IMG/VR virus record: IMGVR_UViG_3300021364_000005
DNA: 64,000 nucleotides
Strand: one strand, 5' to 3'
Origin: a virus
Lineage: Duplodnaviria; Caudoviricetes
Below, piece by piece: positions 30,368 through 40,503 of this stretch. How positions within the stretch are numbered: the first letter of the stretch is position 1; each line of letters opens with the position of its first letter. The notes under the pieces were generated by a model. The model searched no databases and was not told the DNA's origin. It saw only the letters and a program-made list of their open reading frames with translations. Made by a program: the position numbers and the translations under genes.

Positions 30368-32774
30368 ATTAGAAAATATAGAACTTGTACATTTCGAAGT
30401 GACAGGTAAATGTAATGCTAGATGTCCTATGTGTAGTAGACATACTAAAGACGGATTCTTACAGCCACATATGCCTCAGACTCATTTATCTAAAGAAATA
30501 TTCTACAAGTTTTTTACACACGAATTTTGTACTCAACTAAAACACGTTTATCTAAGTGGAGTATACGGTGATCCGTGTATGCATCCCGATCTTGTAGAAT
30601 TTTGTGCCCATTTAGCAAAGTATGATATTGAAGTTGCTATCGACACAAATGGTGGATATCGCAAAGCTGAGTTTTGGTCAGCACTTGCAAAGACGGGTGT
30701 ACAAGTTAATTTTGCTATAGATGGATTAGAGGATACAAATCATTTATATCGTAGAGGTGTGAGATGGGATGTTGTAGATCGAAATATTAGAGCTTACTCA
30801 GAAGCAGGCGGCAATGCACAATGGAACTTTATTGTTTTCGAACATAACGAGCACCAAGTTGACGAAGCAAGACGGTTTGCTGATGAGCTAGGTTTTGATT
30901 TTAGAACTAAAATTACACAAAAGTTTAGTAGCTCCAAAACTTGGGATGTATACGAAGATGGTAAAAAGTTATACGAACTAACACCACCGGAAAATGAAGA
31001 ATATAGACATCCACACATTTCAGAACGTCCGTATGCTGCAACACAAATTTTTGAATTTGATTTAAAATCTCCACGTTGGAATGAACTTGATGATGTTGAA
31101 ATTGACTGTAAAGCATTACAGCGTAAAGAAATATTTTTAAGTTATGAAGGTTATGTATTGCCTTGTTGCTACGTAGGTACGCTTTATAATGATAGCCCTG
31201 GTACATATCAAATTAACCAAAACTTAGATTTGACTAAATTTAAAATTGCTGATTTAGATTTAGAAACTATAGTAAACAACATGAATGTTATTGCTGATAC
31301 ATGGAATACTAAGAAAGTTTGTGACGGAAAATTAATCACCTGTGCAAGAACTTGCAAAAAGAATAATGCACTTAAAACTCAGTTTATTAAACAGCCAAGC
31401 AAGAGCTTTTGTGTTCTGCCATGGATTCATGCACAGACAAAACCCAATGGGCAGATTAAGCCTTGTTGTAGATTTGATCATAGACACAAAGCGTATAAAA
31501 ATGAGGACGGCTCGTATATTTGGGATAGATTTAATATTAACAAAGGAATGACATTTAAAGAAGCAGTTGAATCTCCAGAATGGCAAGAGATAAGAGACGC
31601 TATGATGGAAAACATAGAAGTGCCAGGCTGTCGTAAATGTTATGCAGAACAGTTAAGAAATCTAGAAGATAAAAAACGTGCAAGAAGTATGCGTGTAAAA
31701 GAAAATTGGTTCTGGAATAAAAACAACCAGTTTGAATTAGAACCACCTAATGAATTAGGAAAATTACGATACATAGAACTAGCATTAGGAAATTTTTGCA
31801 ATTTGAAATGTAGAACTTGCACCGCTGATCTAAGTAGCACATGGACAGAAGATGAAAATACACTTAGTGAATTTTATGATGACAGACACAAATATAAACA
31901 CATTGTTCATGTCGATCAAAATTGGAAAGTTGAAGATTTTGAATATGTAGAAGAAATAAAATTTACTGGTGGTGAGCCTATGCTGCATCCAAACTTTATT
32001 AAAGTTATGGATCTAATTATTAGCACTGGTAGAGCTGATCAAGTAAACCTAGATATTTTCACTAATGTTAGTTGGGTACCAAAAGCAAAAGTATTAGATA
32101 GGCTTAACCAATTTAAGGCTGTAAAAATTAATTTAAGTATTGACGGACTAGGTGCTGTCAACGATTATGTTAGATCACCAAGCGATTGGCCTACAGTTGA
32201 AGAATCGGTTATTGAATGGATTAAAGAAGAAGCAAAGTATCCTGATAGATATGCAATTAAATGGGCACCTTGTTTGAGTATCTATAATGTGTGGCAGTTT
32301 ACAGATATGGTAGACTGGTGGATAGATTTACAATTAAAATATAAAGGTAAAGATTTTTGGAATAGTATAACTAGAGATAATATTAGTCCTAGCGAAAGAG
32401 TCAAACAACTTAATATGATTATAAATCTTGTACATGATCCAAAATATCTTTCTCCTACACTTTATCCTGAAAAGGAAATCCTTGTAGACAAAATACAAAA
32501 ACAAAAAGATAAATTTTATAATTTACTTATGACTACGTTTAATGGTGACGACAGAGACAGATGGCTGCTTGGAATGCACTTTGATAGTTTATACGATAAA
32601 GTTATTAGCACTGTCAAACGTCCAGTTAACGAAGATGACTTGAAAACGTTTATAGAATATACAGTAGATTTAGATAAGTTACGAAATCAAGATATTAGAA
32701 CTGCTATTCCTCATGTTTGGGATAAGGTTAATGAATATTATGATTTAGAATATAAAGGAAGAATACCTGCATGA
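30360..32774 (+). CDS. Double radical SAM fusion protein (rSAM-SPASM + twitch-rSAM)
   Basis: CNARCPMC/GVYGDP, then SPASM (C..LPCC..CARTC), then FCVLPW..PCC..CRKC and a second CNLKCRTC/TGGEP. Confidence 0.9.
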   Translation: MFKLENIELVHFEVTGKCNARCPMCSRHTKDGFLQPHMPQTHLSKEIFYKFFTHEFCTQLKHVYLSGVYGDPCMHPDLVEFCAHLAKYDIEVAIDTNGGYRKAEFWSALAKTGVQVNFAIDGLEDTNHLYRRGVRWDVVDRNIRAYSEAGGNAQWNFIVFEHNEHQVDEARRFADELGFDFRTKITQKFSSSKTWDVYEDGKKLYELTPPENEEYRHPHISERPYAATQIFEFDLKSPRWNELDDVEIDCKALQRKEIFLSYEGYVLPCCYVGTLYNDSPGTYQINQNLDLTKFKIADLDLETIVNNMNVIADTWNTKKVCDGKLITCARTCKKNNALKTQFIKQPSKSFCVLPWIHAQTKPNGQIKPCCRFDHRHKAYKNEDGSYIWDRFNINKGMTFKEAVESPEWQEIRDAMMENIEVPGCRKCYAEQLRNLEDKKRARSMRVKENWFWNKNNQFELEPPNELGKLRYIELALGNFCNLKCRTCTADLSSTWTEDENTLSEFYDDRHKYKHIVHVDQNWKVEDFEYVEEIKFTGGEPMLHPNFIKVMDLIISTGRADQVNLDIFTNVSWVPKAKVLDRLNQFKAVKINLSIDGLGAVNDYVRSPSDWPTVEESVIEWIKEEAKYPDRYAIKWAPCLSIYNVWQFTDMVDWWIDLQLKYKGKDFWNSITRDNISPSERVKQLNMIINLVHDPKYLSPTLYPEKEILVDKIQKQKDKFYNLLMTTFNGDDRDRWLLGMHFDSLYDKVISTVKRPVNEDDLKTFIEYTVDLDKLRNQDIRTAIPHVWDKVNEYYDLEYKGRIPA

Positions 32775-34006
32775 GTAACTTCTGTCCTATGCCCTGGGTG
32801 CATATGAATTTAAAACAAGAAGGCAAAGTAAGTGCTTGCTGGAGATATCCTGATAGGATAGGCGACTATACACAAAGTTCATTAAAAGAAATTTGGAACG
32901 GTGAGGAAGTAGTAAAACTTAGACAAGCATTACTGGATGGAGAGCGTCCTGAAGGCTGCCGTAGTTGTTGGGATATGGAAGACAGTGGTGTAAAAAGCAC
33001 AAGGCAACAAACAACAGAAGATTATAAAAATTTTATTACTGAAATAGGTGCAGAAGTTTTAGGCACTGAATTGCCTTTCAATAACGTTCAAAGTGTTGAA
33101 GTAAGGTTTGATAATATTTGTAATTTAATGTGTAGACACTGTAGTCCTGATTACAGCAGCAAGTGGGAAGTTGCTGTGAAAAAGGATCAGGCGCTAATGG
33201 ATAAAATGGTAGAATACGGAACATATAGAAAACAAAACTACCATGTGAAACTTACCGATGAAATTATAAACGAAATTACTCAAGAGCTTGCTCCTAACCT
33301 AAAAGAGATAATGCTTGCAGGTGGTGAACCATTATACCACGAAAAGCATTATGACTTTATAAAAGACTTACTTCCTCATGCTAAAAAAATACAACTAAGT
33401 TATAACAGTAACCTTACTACTACAGAATATAAAGGTGCAAGCATTATTGATTTATGGAAAAATTTTAGACGTGTATTGTTAAGAGTTAGTATTGATGGCG
33501 ATCCAAGTTGTTATGATTATGTAAGAGTTCATAACGATTTACAAAAAATTGAAAACAATATTAAAAAAGTATTACAATTATCAAATGTTAGATTGAGTGC
33601 AACTTGTACTACTAGTATATTAAACATTACTAGACTGACAAGTATTGCAGAATATTATTTAAGTTTAGGGGCTTATTTTCATACAAGCCTAGTGCAATAT
33701 CCTCGAGCATTAAATCCAAGGCTTTTACCTCAAGAACTTAAAGATAAAACTACAAGAGATTGGAACACTTGGCTTGAAGATGTAGACTTACATATTGATC
33801 GATGTGTTAGTAAAGAGTTTCCTGGTGATAAAGAATTACATAAATCAAGAATAGTTAAGTTTGGAAATAGTGTTATAAAATATATGAACAGTAAAGATGA
33901 ACATCAGTACTGGAATGAATTTGTTGATTATACCAAAGCATTAGATGCTTATCATAAAACTAGTCTTGTTGATGTCTATCCAGAATTTCAACCATACTTT
34001 GATTAA
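32771..34006 (+). CDS. N-terminal twitch-domain radical SAM protein
   Basis: FCPMPW..ACW..CRSC; CNLMCRHC; AGGEP. Confidence 0.9.
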   Translation: MSNFCPMPWVHMNLKQEGKVSACWRYPDRIGDYTQSSLKEIWNGEEVVKLRQALLDGERPEGCRSCWDMEDSGVKSTRQQTTEDYKNFITEIGAEVLGTELPFNNVQSVEVRFDNICNLMCRHCSPDYSSKWEVAVKKDQALMDKMVEYGTYRKQNYHVKLTDEIINEITQELAPNLKEIMLAGGEPLYHEKHYDFIKDLLPHAKKIQLSYNSNLTTTEYKGASIIDLWKNFRRVLLRVSIDGDPSCYDYVRVHNDLQKIENNIKKVLQLSNVRLSATCTTSILNITRLTSIAEYYLSLGAYFHTSLVQYPRALNPRLLPQELKDKTTRDWNTWLEDVDLHIDRCVSKEFPGDKELHKSRIVKFGNSVIKYMNSKDEHQYWNEFVDYTKALDAYHKTSLVDVYPEFQPYFD

Positions 34007-35444
34007 ATGTTTCAATACTATCTAAGTATTGCATATCGTCAATAGGACTTTTGTATTCTATATACTTTATATTTGATCCTAATGTATCTATACCTGCTCT
34101 TAGTTTTTTAAGTAAGTTTTTCCTACCAAAGTTTATAGCATTAAAACTAAAGCCAGCTATATCACTAAAAGTGATAAGTGCTTTATCTTGTTCATTTAGT
34201 TTATATTTTACCTTGTACATTTCTGTAAGGCCGTTACATACAACATATTGATGATCTAAATTTTTGTAAACATTCCACGCTTCCAAAAACTTATCTTGAC
34301 CACCAAATGAATTGATTAGCTCAGTGTACATTTTATTGTCTTTACCTTCATAATCTTCTGTATAATTATTAGGTATTTGATCTGCTAAAATGTTTTTCAA
34401 GGACATAAAGTGTCCGTCCCAGTTATTATTTAGATAACGCCGAAATCTTATTATTTCATCATGATAATCGTAATGTACAATTTTTTTAATATTAGTTTTA
34501 TTGACTAAAGCAAGCTCCATTGCCTTGAAGCCGCTTGCTGTTGCAACTATTGTATTACAATCATTGTATATATTTTCATATTTCTTATTACTAAAATCGT
34601 TAGTATTGTTATCCCATACCCAAGTTGTTTCTGTATTCCAAACAAAATACGACCATGGTTCTAAATTGCTACTAAAGTCTTTTTTATGTGCAAGATGTGT
34701 TATTGCTTTTACTAAATTAGTTTCATGGATAGGATCAACTTGTTGCCACGCCTTCCAGAAATTGTTCCATTTATCTATACTTTTATCTGGATAGGTGTTA
34801 ATACATTCATTTCTTATATCTTGCGGAATGTTTTGTATTCGTAAGTTATGCTCTGCACTTGCTTGTATAAATCCACAGCCTTTGTCATTTTTTACCTTAA
34901 CAATATTCCTAGCACTTTGGTCCCAAGTTACTTCTAAAGGTGTATAATTGTCGTGTATGTTTTCGACACTAGACTTTAGTTTTCTTATTTCGATAGTGCC
35001 GCCGTCGGTAGTGTATTTAGGCGATCCTATTGATTTCCATTTTTTAAAATTTATAATCAATGTAATAGGAAAAATGTAATACTGGTTAAAGAAATGCTCT
35101 AAATGCTCTTTGTGATTAAACTTTGCCCATTCATATCTATCTATTAAGTGACCAGCAAATAACCAGTCATCGTCTTGTCTTTGTATGAACTTTATTACGT
35201 TACGTTGATATTCATACCAGCGTTGAAATATCACTCCACCGAATGTGACTAGTAAATAGTCAGGTTGGTCTTCTCTTTTTAAATATTCTTCTAGTAAAGA
35301 ATCAACATCTTTTGCGTGATGAAAGCCATAAAACGGAACATCAGCTTCGTTCATTTTACAAATTCTACTATAGAAAATATTAAAGTCTTCTTTTAAATCG
35401 TTATCGACTTCGTATTCCCAGACAAAACTGTGTGCAATTTTCAC
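33960..35444 (-). CDS. Hypothetical protein (494 aa), possible transferase
   Basis: Long ORF with a GTG start coupled to the upstream TGA; no motif recognised with confidence. Confidence 0.6.
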   Translation of the reverse strand: MKIAHSFVWEYEVDNDLKEDFNIFYSRICKMNEADVPFYGFHHAKDVDSLLEEYLKREDQPDYLLVTFGGVIFQRWYEYQRNVIKFIQRQDDDWLFAGHLIDRYEWAKFNHKEHLEHFFNQYYIFPITLIINFKKWKSIGSPKYTTDGGTIEIRKLKSSVENIHDNYTPLEVTWDQSARNIVKVKNDKGCGFIQASAEHNLRIQNIPQDIRNECINTYPDKSIDKWNNFWKAWQQVDPIHETNLVKAITHLAHKKDFSSNLEPWSYFVWNTETTWVWDNNTNDFSNKKYENIYNDCNTIVATASGFKAMELALVNKTNIKKIVHYDYHDEIIRFRRYLNNNWDGHFMSLKNILADQIPNNYTEDYEGKDNKMYTELINSFGGQDKFLEAWNVYKNLDHQYVVCNGLTEMYKVKYKLNEQDKALITFSDIAGFSFNAINFGRKNLLKKLRAGIDTLGSNIKYIEYKSPIDDMQYLDSIETFNQSMVEILDRHQQD

Positions 35445-36175
35445 CCTGTAATTCCTATTTTATGCTTTAAGTATGATCTATAAACTAACCTATTCCAGTC
35501 GTCGTTTGTAATACCGTGTACAATCATATGATATCTATATTCGTCACTATGATTGTATACACAATGTACATTGTATAAATTTAAACTAATCATAGTTCCT
35601 TGCTTCCAAGGCAATATACCATGGCCGTCCATATAAAAATGGCAACCTTCAGGGTTATTTAATGCAATATTAGTAGGACCTATATGGTTTTCTTCTATAG
35701 CTACGCTATCCTTATGAGGCCAAATATACCCGCCTGGTGCTAATCTCATTATGCGTATTCTAAAGAATTTATCATACGGCATATTTTCTGTAAAGTATTT
35801 TTTAATATTTGGAGTAAAATCGCTAATGTCTGTCCAACGCCACGGAGCGTTTTCATTTGTCATACCATAAACATGGGGTGCCTCTGTATGAATACTACTT
35901 ATTCCGTGTAATACTAAACTGCTCCAGCCGCTATGTCTTTCATGGTGTCTATGTGGTATATAGTGCCTGTCAAATTGTTTTGCTTCTTCTAGCATAGCAT
36001 TCCAATCACAATCCCAATGATTGTCCGTTTCGATTGGCAAGTAGGGAATGTCACCGTGCCGTCTTACTTCTGATCCGTTTTGCAAGTCGCCTGGCAAAAC
36101 TAGTTCTTTATGAAACTTATTTCTCTCTGCAAAGTCTATTGCTGGTTCGTCACTAATACCATATTCGTTTATCAA
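35441..36175 (-). CDS. Aspartyl/asparaginyl beta-hydroxylase family 2OG-Fe(II) oxygenase
   Basis: RIRIMRLAPGGYIWPHKD...VHCVYNHSDEYRYHMIVHG. Confidence 0.75.
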   Translation of the reverse strand: MINEYGISDEPAIDFAERNKFHKELVLPGDLQNGSEVRRHGDIPYLPIETDNHWDCDWNAMLEEAKQFDRHYIPHRHHERHSGWSSLVLHGISSIHTEAPHVYGMTNENAPWRWTDISDFTPNIKKYFTENMPYDKFFRIRIMRLAPGGYIWPHKDSVAIEENHIGPTNIALNNPEGCHFYMDGHGILPWKQGTMISLNLYNVHCVYNHSDEYRYHMIVHGITNDDWNRLVYRSYLKHKIGITG

Positions 36176-36201
36176 CGATTTCTCCTAATTTATTATATAC
36201 G

Positions 36202-36220
36202 TATTTATATGTGATAAATA
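36202..36220. promoter_or_regulatory. Back-to-back divergent late promoter motifs
   Basis: TATAAATA on the minus strand (36209-36202) and ATAAATA on the plus strand (36214-20), the latter 5 nt before the ATG at 36226. Confidence 0.55.
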
Positions 36221-36225
36221 TTGCT

Positions 36226-37395
36226 ATGCAAAGATTAGACAGTACTAAAATTTTTTGTAGTGCAGCTTGGACTGACCTAAACATAGATTTTGGTAAACGT
36301 ACAAAAACACACTGCTGTAAAGCAAAAAAAGAAACTTTTCCAGATACTATTCCTATGGAGTTTTGGAATGAAAGTGATATGATACTCGACAGGAGAGAAA
36401 AACTTGTAGAAAAAGTACCTCATGGAGATTGTAGTTATTGCTGGATTGACTATAGTAAAACAGGGTTTGCTTACAGAGACATAAAAAATAAATGGGGCAA
36501 CATTCTGCCTTATGGAAATAACCATTTAGAATATATAGAAATTAATCTTGATAATATATGTGATATGAGCTGTTTGTACTGTAGTGCTATGTGCAGTTCT
36601 CAAATTGCAGCAGAAGAAGGAGTTTTAGATAAACGTAGGGAATTCGTTAAAGAAGAAGATTTTGATAGTTTTATGACCTTTCTAGAGAATACTCTTTCTA
36701 AAACAAAAAAACAGATTACTATAAACTTCATGGGCGGTGAACCTACACTTAGTCCTTACTTTTTCAAAATAATTTACAAATTGCATGAAAAGTTTTCTAG
36801 AAAAAAAATTAATTTAAGTTTACTTACTAACGGCAATAGCAATGAAAAAACTATGCAAAAAATGAAAGATGTGTTGGATTTTGTTAATAATTGGGACTGG
36901 CATATAGGACTTAGCCAAGAAGCTACAGGGGAAGTAGCTGAGCTTACTAGATGGGGGTGTAAGTGGGAAACTTGGCAAAAGAATTATGAGTTTTATCTTT
37001 TTCATAAATCTGTAAAACTTTTAATATTAGCTCCTACTCCTAATAGATTAAGTTTGCATGACTTACCTAATTTTGTTGATTACATTACAGAAAGCATTAG
37101 GCGTGTAAATCCAAAGAAAGAAATCGCCTGGGCAGGTAATTGGGTAAGTGATCCTAAGGTGTTAGATATTGCACATTTAGATGAAAGTAACAAAAAGTAT
37201 GTGAAAAGAGCTAAAAAGAAATTAAGCCGTCATAAGAAAAATATACAAGATTGGGATGATACTATGAAATGGATAGATACTTTAGAAAAACGTATTGGAA
37301 CAATGTCTCCCGACTACAAAGAGTTAAATGAATTTATAGACAATAAAGCTAAGAATAAGAAGACTACAAGATTGGAGCGATTTAAACATGGATAA
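36226..37395 (+). CDS. N-terminal twitch-domain radical SAM protein
   Basis: FCSAAW..HCC..CSYC; CDMSCLYC; MGGEP. Confidence 0.85.
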   Translation: MQRLDSTKIFCSAAWTDLNIDFGKRTKTHCCKAKKETFPDTIPMEFWNESDMILDRREKLVEKVPHGDCSYCWIDYSKTGFAYRDIKNKWGNILPYGNNHLEYIEINLDNICDMSCLYCSAMCSSQIAAEEGVLDKRREFVKEEDFDSFMTFLENTLSKTKKQITINFMGGEPTLSPYFFKIIYKLHEKFSRKKINLSLLTNGNSNEKTMQKMKDVLDFVNNWDWHIGLSQEATGEVAELTRWGCKWETWQKNYEFYLFHKSVKLLILAPTPNRLSLHDLPNFVDYITESIRRVNPKKEIAWAGNWVSDPKVLDIAHLDESNKKYVKRAKKKLSRHKKNIQDWDDTMKWIDTLEKRIGTMSPDYKELNEFIDNKAKNKKTTRLERFKHG

Positions 37396-38116
37396 GATAG
37401 GCGAAGCAAAAAGACATCAACAAGCAAATTACTGGTTCAATTGGATGCGGAGCGGTAAAGCAATGTACGAACCAACACCAGAAGATATAAAATGCGAACT
37501 ACAACTCCAGGCTATGTCTGATATGGAACCGTTGATGTTTACGGTTGATTACAATGACTTTGAAAAAGAAATAGAAAAGTGGAACGATAAGTGGGTTCCA
37601 TATCTTCCTCGGGAAGGCGTAAGTAATGATAGACAAGGATTACTACTAGTTGGGTTAGATGGCGACAGTCCTAGTGATAGTTTAAGTTTACCAGAGGCTA
37701 GGAAACGCACAGGAGATAATACTTTAATAGAAACAAGTTTTACACAGCCTACAGAATTGTTCAATGACTTAACTTGCTTACATCCTATATTAAAACATTG
37801 GTCTCCACTTGGCAGAACTATGCTTGTAAAAACTAATGCAGGCGGCTGGTTCCCGCCACATAAAGATTGGCCTTTTTTAACCAGACATTGCTTTAGAGTA
37901 ATTATGTTTATTGGACCAAATGTTGATCATGAAAGTTACGAATGGCACATGAATGGAAAAACATGGCCTATAAAGCAAAATGCATCCTACTATGTTGATA
38001 CTAGAAAAACGCATAGAACGCATAGTTGGAATAATGATAGTATACATTTAATAATGAACATTCCTAAAACTTGGGAAAATGTTTTAAAATTAATGAGTGT
38101 AACAAGGTACTTTTGA
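37388..38116 (+). CDS. Aspartyl/asparaginyl beta-hydroxylase-like 2OG-Fe(II) oxygenase
   Basis: GRTMLVKTNAGGWFPPHKD...THRTHSW...HLIMN. Confidence 0.7.
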   Translation: MDKIGEAKRHQQANYWFNWMRSGKAMYEPTPEDIKCELQLQAMSDMEPLMFTVDYNDFEKEIEKWNDKWVPYLPREGVSNDRQGLLLVGLDGDSPSDSLSLPEARKRTGDNTLIETSFTQPTELFNDLTCLHPILKHWSPLGRTMLVKTNAGGWFPPHKDWPFLTRHCFRVIMFIGPNVDHESYEWHMNGKTWPIKQNASYYVDTRKTHRTHSWNNDSIHLIMNIPKTWENVLKLMSVTRYF

Positions 38117-38643
38117 TGTTAATATCTGGAAACCCTAATTACGGAATTGCTAAAGCATTGCATGAAATATATCCAAATGCAACTTTTGCAAGCAGAGCTT
38201 CAGGGTATGATCTTACTACTAAACAGGGTAGAGACAAGTTTGCAAATGAAGCAGTTCATCATGATGTGATAATAATTAATGCAGCACTATGGCAATTTCA
38301 ACAAACTGTTTTACTAGATGCAGTTTATAAAAATGTAAGTGTTGAAACACATATAATTGTTATAGGTAGCACTACTGATAGAGTAAAAAATGGTAAACCC
38401 TGGTTATACAATGCAGAAAAGAAAGCCCTTAGAGACTATAGTAATACACTCGCTATAGGATCTGTTTGGGGTCAACAACCAAAAGTTAATTATATAAGTT
38501 TTGGTACTTTGAGTAATAATCAAGAAAAGCATCCTGAACGCAAATGTTTAGATATTAACGAAGCAGCTGAATGGATAGCAGTTTTAATTAATGCTCCTAA
38601 ACACTTAAATATTAATGAAATAAGTATAGATCCTGTACAATAA
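38116..38643 (+). CDS. Short-chain dehydrogenase/reductase (SDR)
   Basis: LISG..YGIAK Rossmann start, IINAA, IGS, YNAEK (YxxxK). Confidence 0.75.
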   Translation: MLISGNPNYGIAKALHEIYPNATFASRASGYDLTTKQGRDKFANEAVHHDVIIINAALWQFQQTVLLDAVYKNVSVETHIIVIGSTTDRVKNGKPWLYNAEKKALRDYSNTLAIGSVWGQQPKVNYISFGTLSNNQEKHPERKCLDINEAAEWIAVLINAPKHLNINEISIDPVQ

Positions 38644-38646
38644 AAC

Positions 38647-38674
38647 TTGACAAAATTTAAAAAGGTGTTATAAT
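38647..38674 (+). promoter_or_regulatory. Sigma70 promoter with extended -10, probably producing a leaderless mRNA
   Basis: TTGACA (38647-52), 16 bp spacer, TGnTATAAT (ending 38674); the ATG follows 6 nt later at 38681. Confidence 0.7.
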
Positions 38675-38680
38675 ATAAAT

Positions 38681-39811
38681 ATGACTGAAGATTTAAAATG
38701 GAGCAATTACGATTTTACTAAGATACCATTTAATGATATTGTTGGTGTTGGTCAACGCACTTTGCTTTATCGTGATATATTTACAGTATCATGGCTACTT
38801 GGTAGATTCTGCAATTACAGATGCTCCTACTGCTGGCCCTACGCAAGAAGCGATCGTAAAGACCACCGTCCTACCGAGCTCTGCCTGCTCACAGTGGATG
38901 AAATTAAACGTCAAGCCAGAGACAACGGCTTCAATTCTTTCCACTTCTCCTTGTCGGGAGGAGAGCCTACTTTCCATCCTGGATACTTGGACATACTAAA
39001 GCATTTGGCAGATGATGTAGAAAACACAAACTACACTAGCATACACATGACGTCAAACTGTTCACGTCCAATGAAATGGTTTGAAAAGTATGTTGATTAT
39101 GCAAAGCCATTTCATAGAGCTAGTATCACAGCAAGTTTGCATACAGAACATTTAGATACACAAGAAAAAATGCAAGACTTTGCAGACAAGTTGATATTGT
39201 GTCAGGAGCATGATGTACAAGTTACAATTAATATGGTTATGGTGCCAGACTGGTTTGAACGTGATTGGGAGAATGCTTTATTCTTTCATGAGCAAGGTAT
39301 CAACGTCACCCTTAAACCGCAGTCCGACCCTACGGCGTCGAGAGTCGTTGACGGATACACAGACGAAATGCTCAAGAGACTATGGAACGGAATGCCACAA
39401 CGTGCATATACAGAAAGCAAACGGCAATGGGCGGAAAGACCTAAACCGTCATTCGAAGTACCTAAAGGAATAATGGGTAAGAATGATGCAAGTGTTCCGT
39501 GGCATATGCAAGTAGAGTTTGAAGACTCTAAAGGCAAGAAGTGGTATATGGACCAGGCAGAGCGTTTCAATGCATTTAATTTTAATAAGTTCAAGGGATG
39601 GAATTGCAATGCAGGATATCAAGGTATTATTATTAGAGAGCCTGATGGAAGCATCAAGCGTAGTTATTCTTGTCATGATGTGCCACTTGGCAACATAGAA
39701 ACAGGATTTAAATTATTTGATGCTCCGGCACCGTGTATTACAGAAAGCTGTGTGAGCTCTGCTGATAGTAAAATTCCAAAAAGGAGAGGGCAATGGAATG
39801 GACAGACATAA
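38681..39811 (+). CDS. Radical SAM protein with C-terminal Cys-containing auxiliary domain
   Basis: CNYRCSYC, SGGEP; C-terminal CNAG...C...CITESC. Confidence 0.9.
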   Translation: MTEDLKWSNYDFTKIPFNDIVGVGQRTLLYRDIFTVSWLLGRFCNYRCSYCWPYARSDRKDHRPTELCLLTVDEIKRQARDNGFNSFHFSLSGGEPTFHPGYLDILKHLADDVENTNYTSIHMTSNCSRPMKWFEKYVDYAKPFHRASITASLHTEHLDTQEKMQDFADKLILCQEHDVQVTINMVMVPDWFERDWENALFFHEQGINVTLKPQSDPTASRVVDGYTDEMLKRLWNGMPQRAYTESKRQWAERPKPSFEVPKGIMGKNDASVPWHMQVEFEDSKGKKWYMDQAERFNAFNFNKFKGWNCNAGYQGIIIREPDGSIKRSYSCHDVPLGNIETGFKLFDAPAPCITESCVSSADSKIPKRRGQWNGQT

Positions 39812-40503
39812 TACAGAAACGTCATACTACGTTTGCTTGGGACGAAACTAGAATACCATCTAAAGATGATATTATAAGTGTATTACAAGAAGTTTACCAA
39901 CACATACCAAGCAAAAATTTACAATTTCCTTACCAAGTAAGACTACTGCGTAATGATGATTATGCAATAAAAAAAGAAATCTTTTCAATCTGTAAACGTA
40001 ATGGCCATGCTACAGAAGAAGAAGATAGAGGCAATCCGCAAGTGTTAGCACCTTGGTTACTTGGTATGAATTCAAGGTATGTTTCCGATCTTGAAGTAAG
40101 ATACGAAACAGAGTCTAAACGTGGCTTGTATAACGGACTAGGTGCAGGACAAGTTAGAGACAATGATCCTAATGGTTATCAGTCTAGAAGTGAAAATTTA
40201 GAGATTGGAATTTTTCTAGGATACGTAATGCTTGCTCTTGCAAACAGAGGAATACAGTCAGGTGTATGTCAAAATATATGTAATGATTTTGAACGTGCAA
40301 GTGAAATATTTAAACTTGCAGAAGATGAAAGGGCAATGGAATTTAGATTCATTATGGGAATAGGATACGGAAAAGATTCTAGTGCAGATGCTAGATATTT
40401 TGATCCTAGGATTAACAAAATGAAAGCAATTCCTTTTCCTCCTGACAGAGTAGAGGAAGTATATCCAAGACCCGATTTTGAGGATATATTTAAAATACTA
40501 TGA
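39793..40503 (+). CDS. Nitroreductase-family flavoprotein
   Basis: IQKRHT..W, PSK, EIG.FLG.VMLA....GIQSG, MGIGY. Confidence 0.7.
   Translation: MEWTDIIQKRHTTFAWDETRIPSKDDIISVLQEVYQHIPSKNLQFPYQVRLLRNDDYAIKKEIFSICKRNGHATEEEDRGNPQVLAPWLLGMNSRYVSDLEVRYETESKRGLYNGLGAGQVRDNDPNGYQSRSENLEIGIFLGYVMLALANRGIQSGVCQNICNDFERASEIFKLAEDERAMEFRFIMGIGYGKDSSADARYFDPRINKMKAIPFPPDRVEEVYPRPDFEDIFKIL

Noticed and set aside
38681-39811. Viperin or MoaA assignment for this radical SAM
   Set aside because: Motifs beyond CxxxCxxC/GGEP do not match what I recall for either family, and no moaC neighbour is present.
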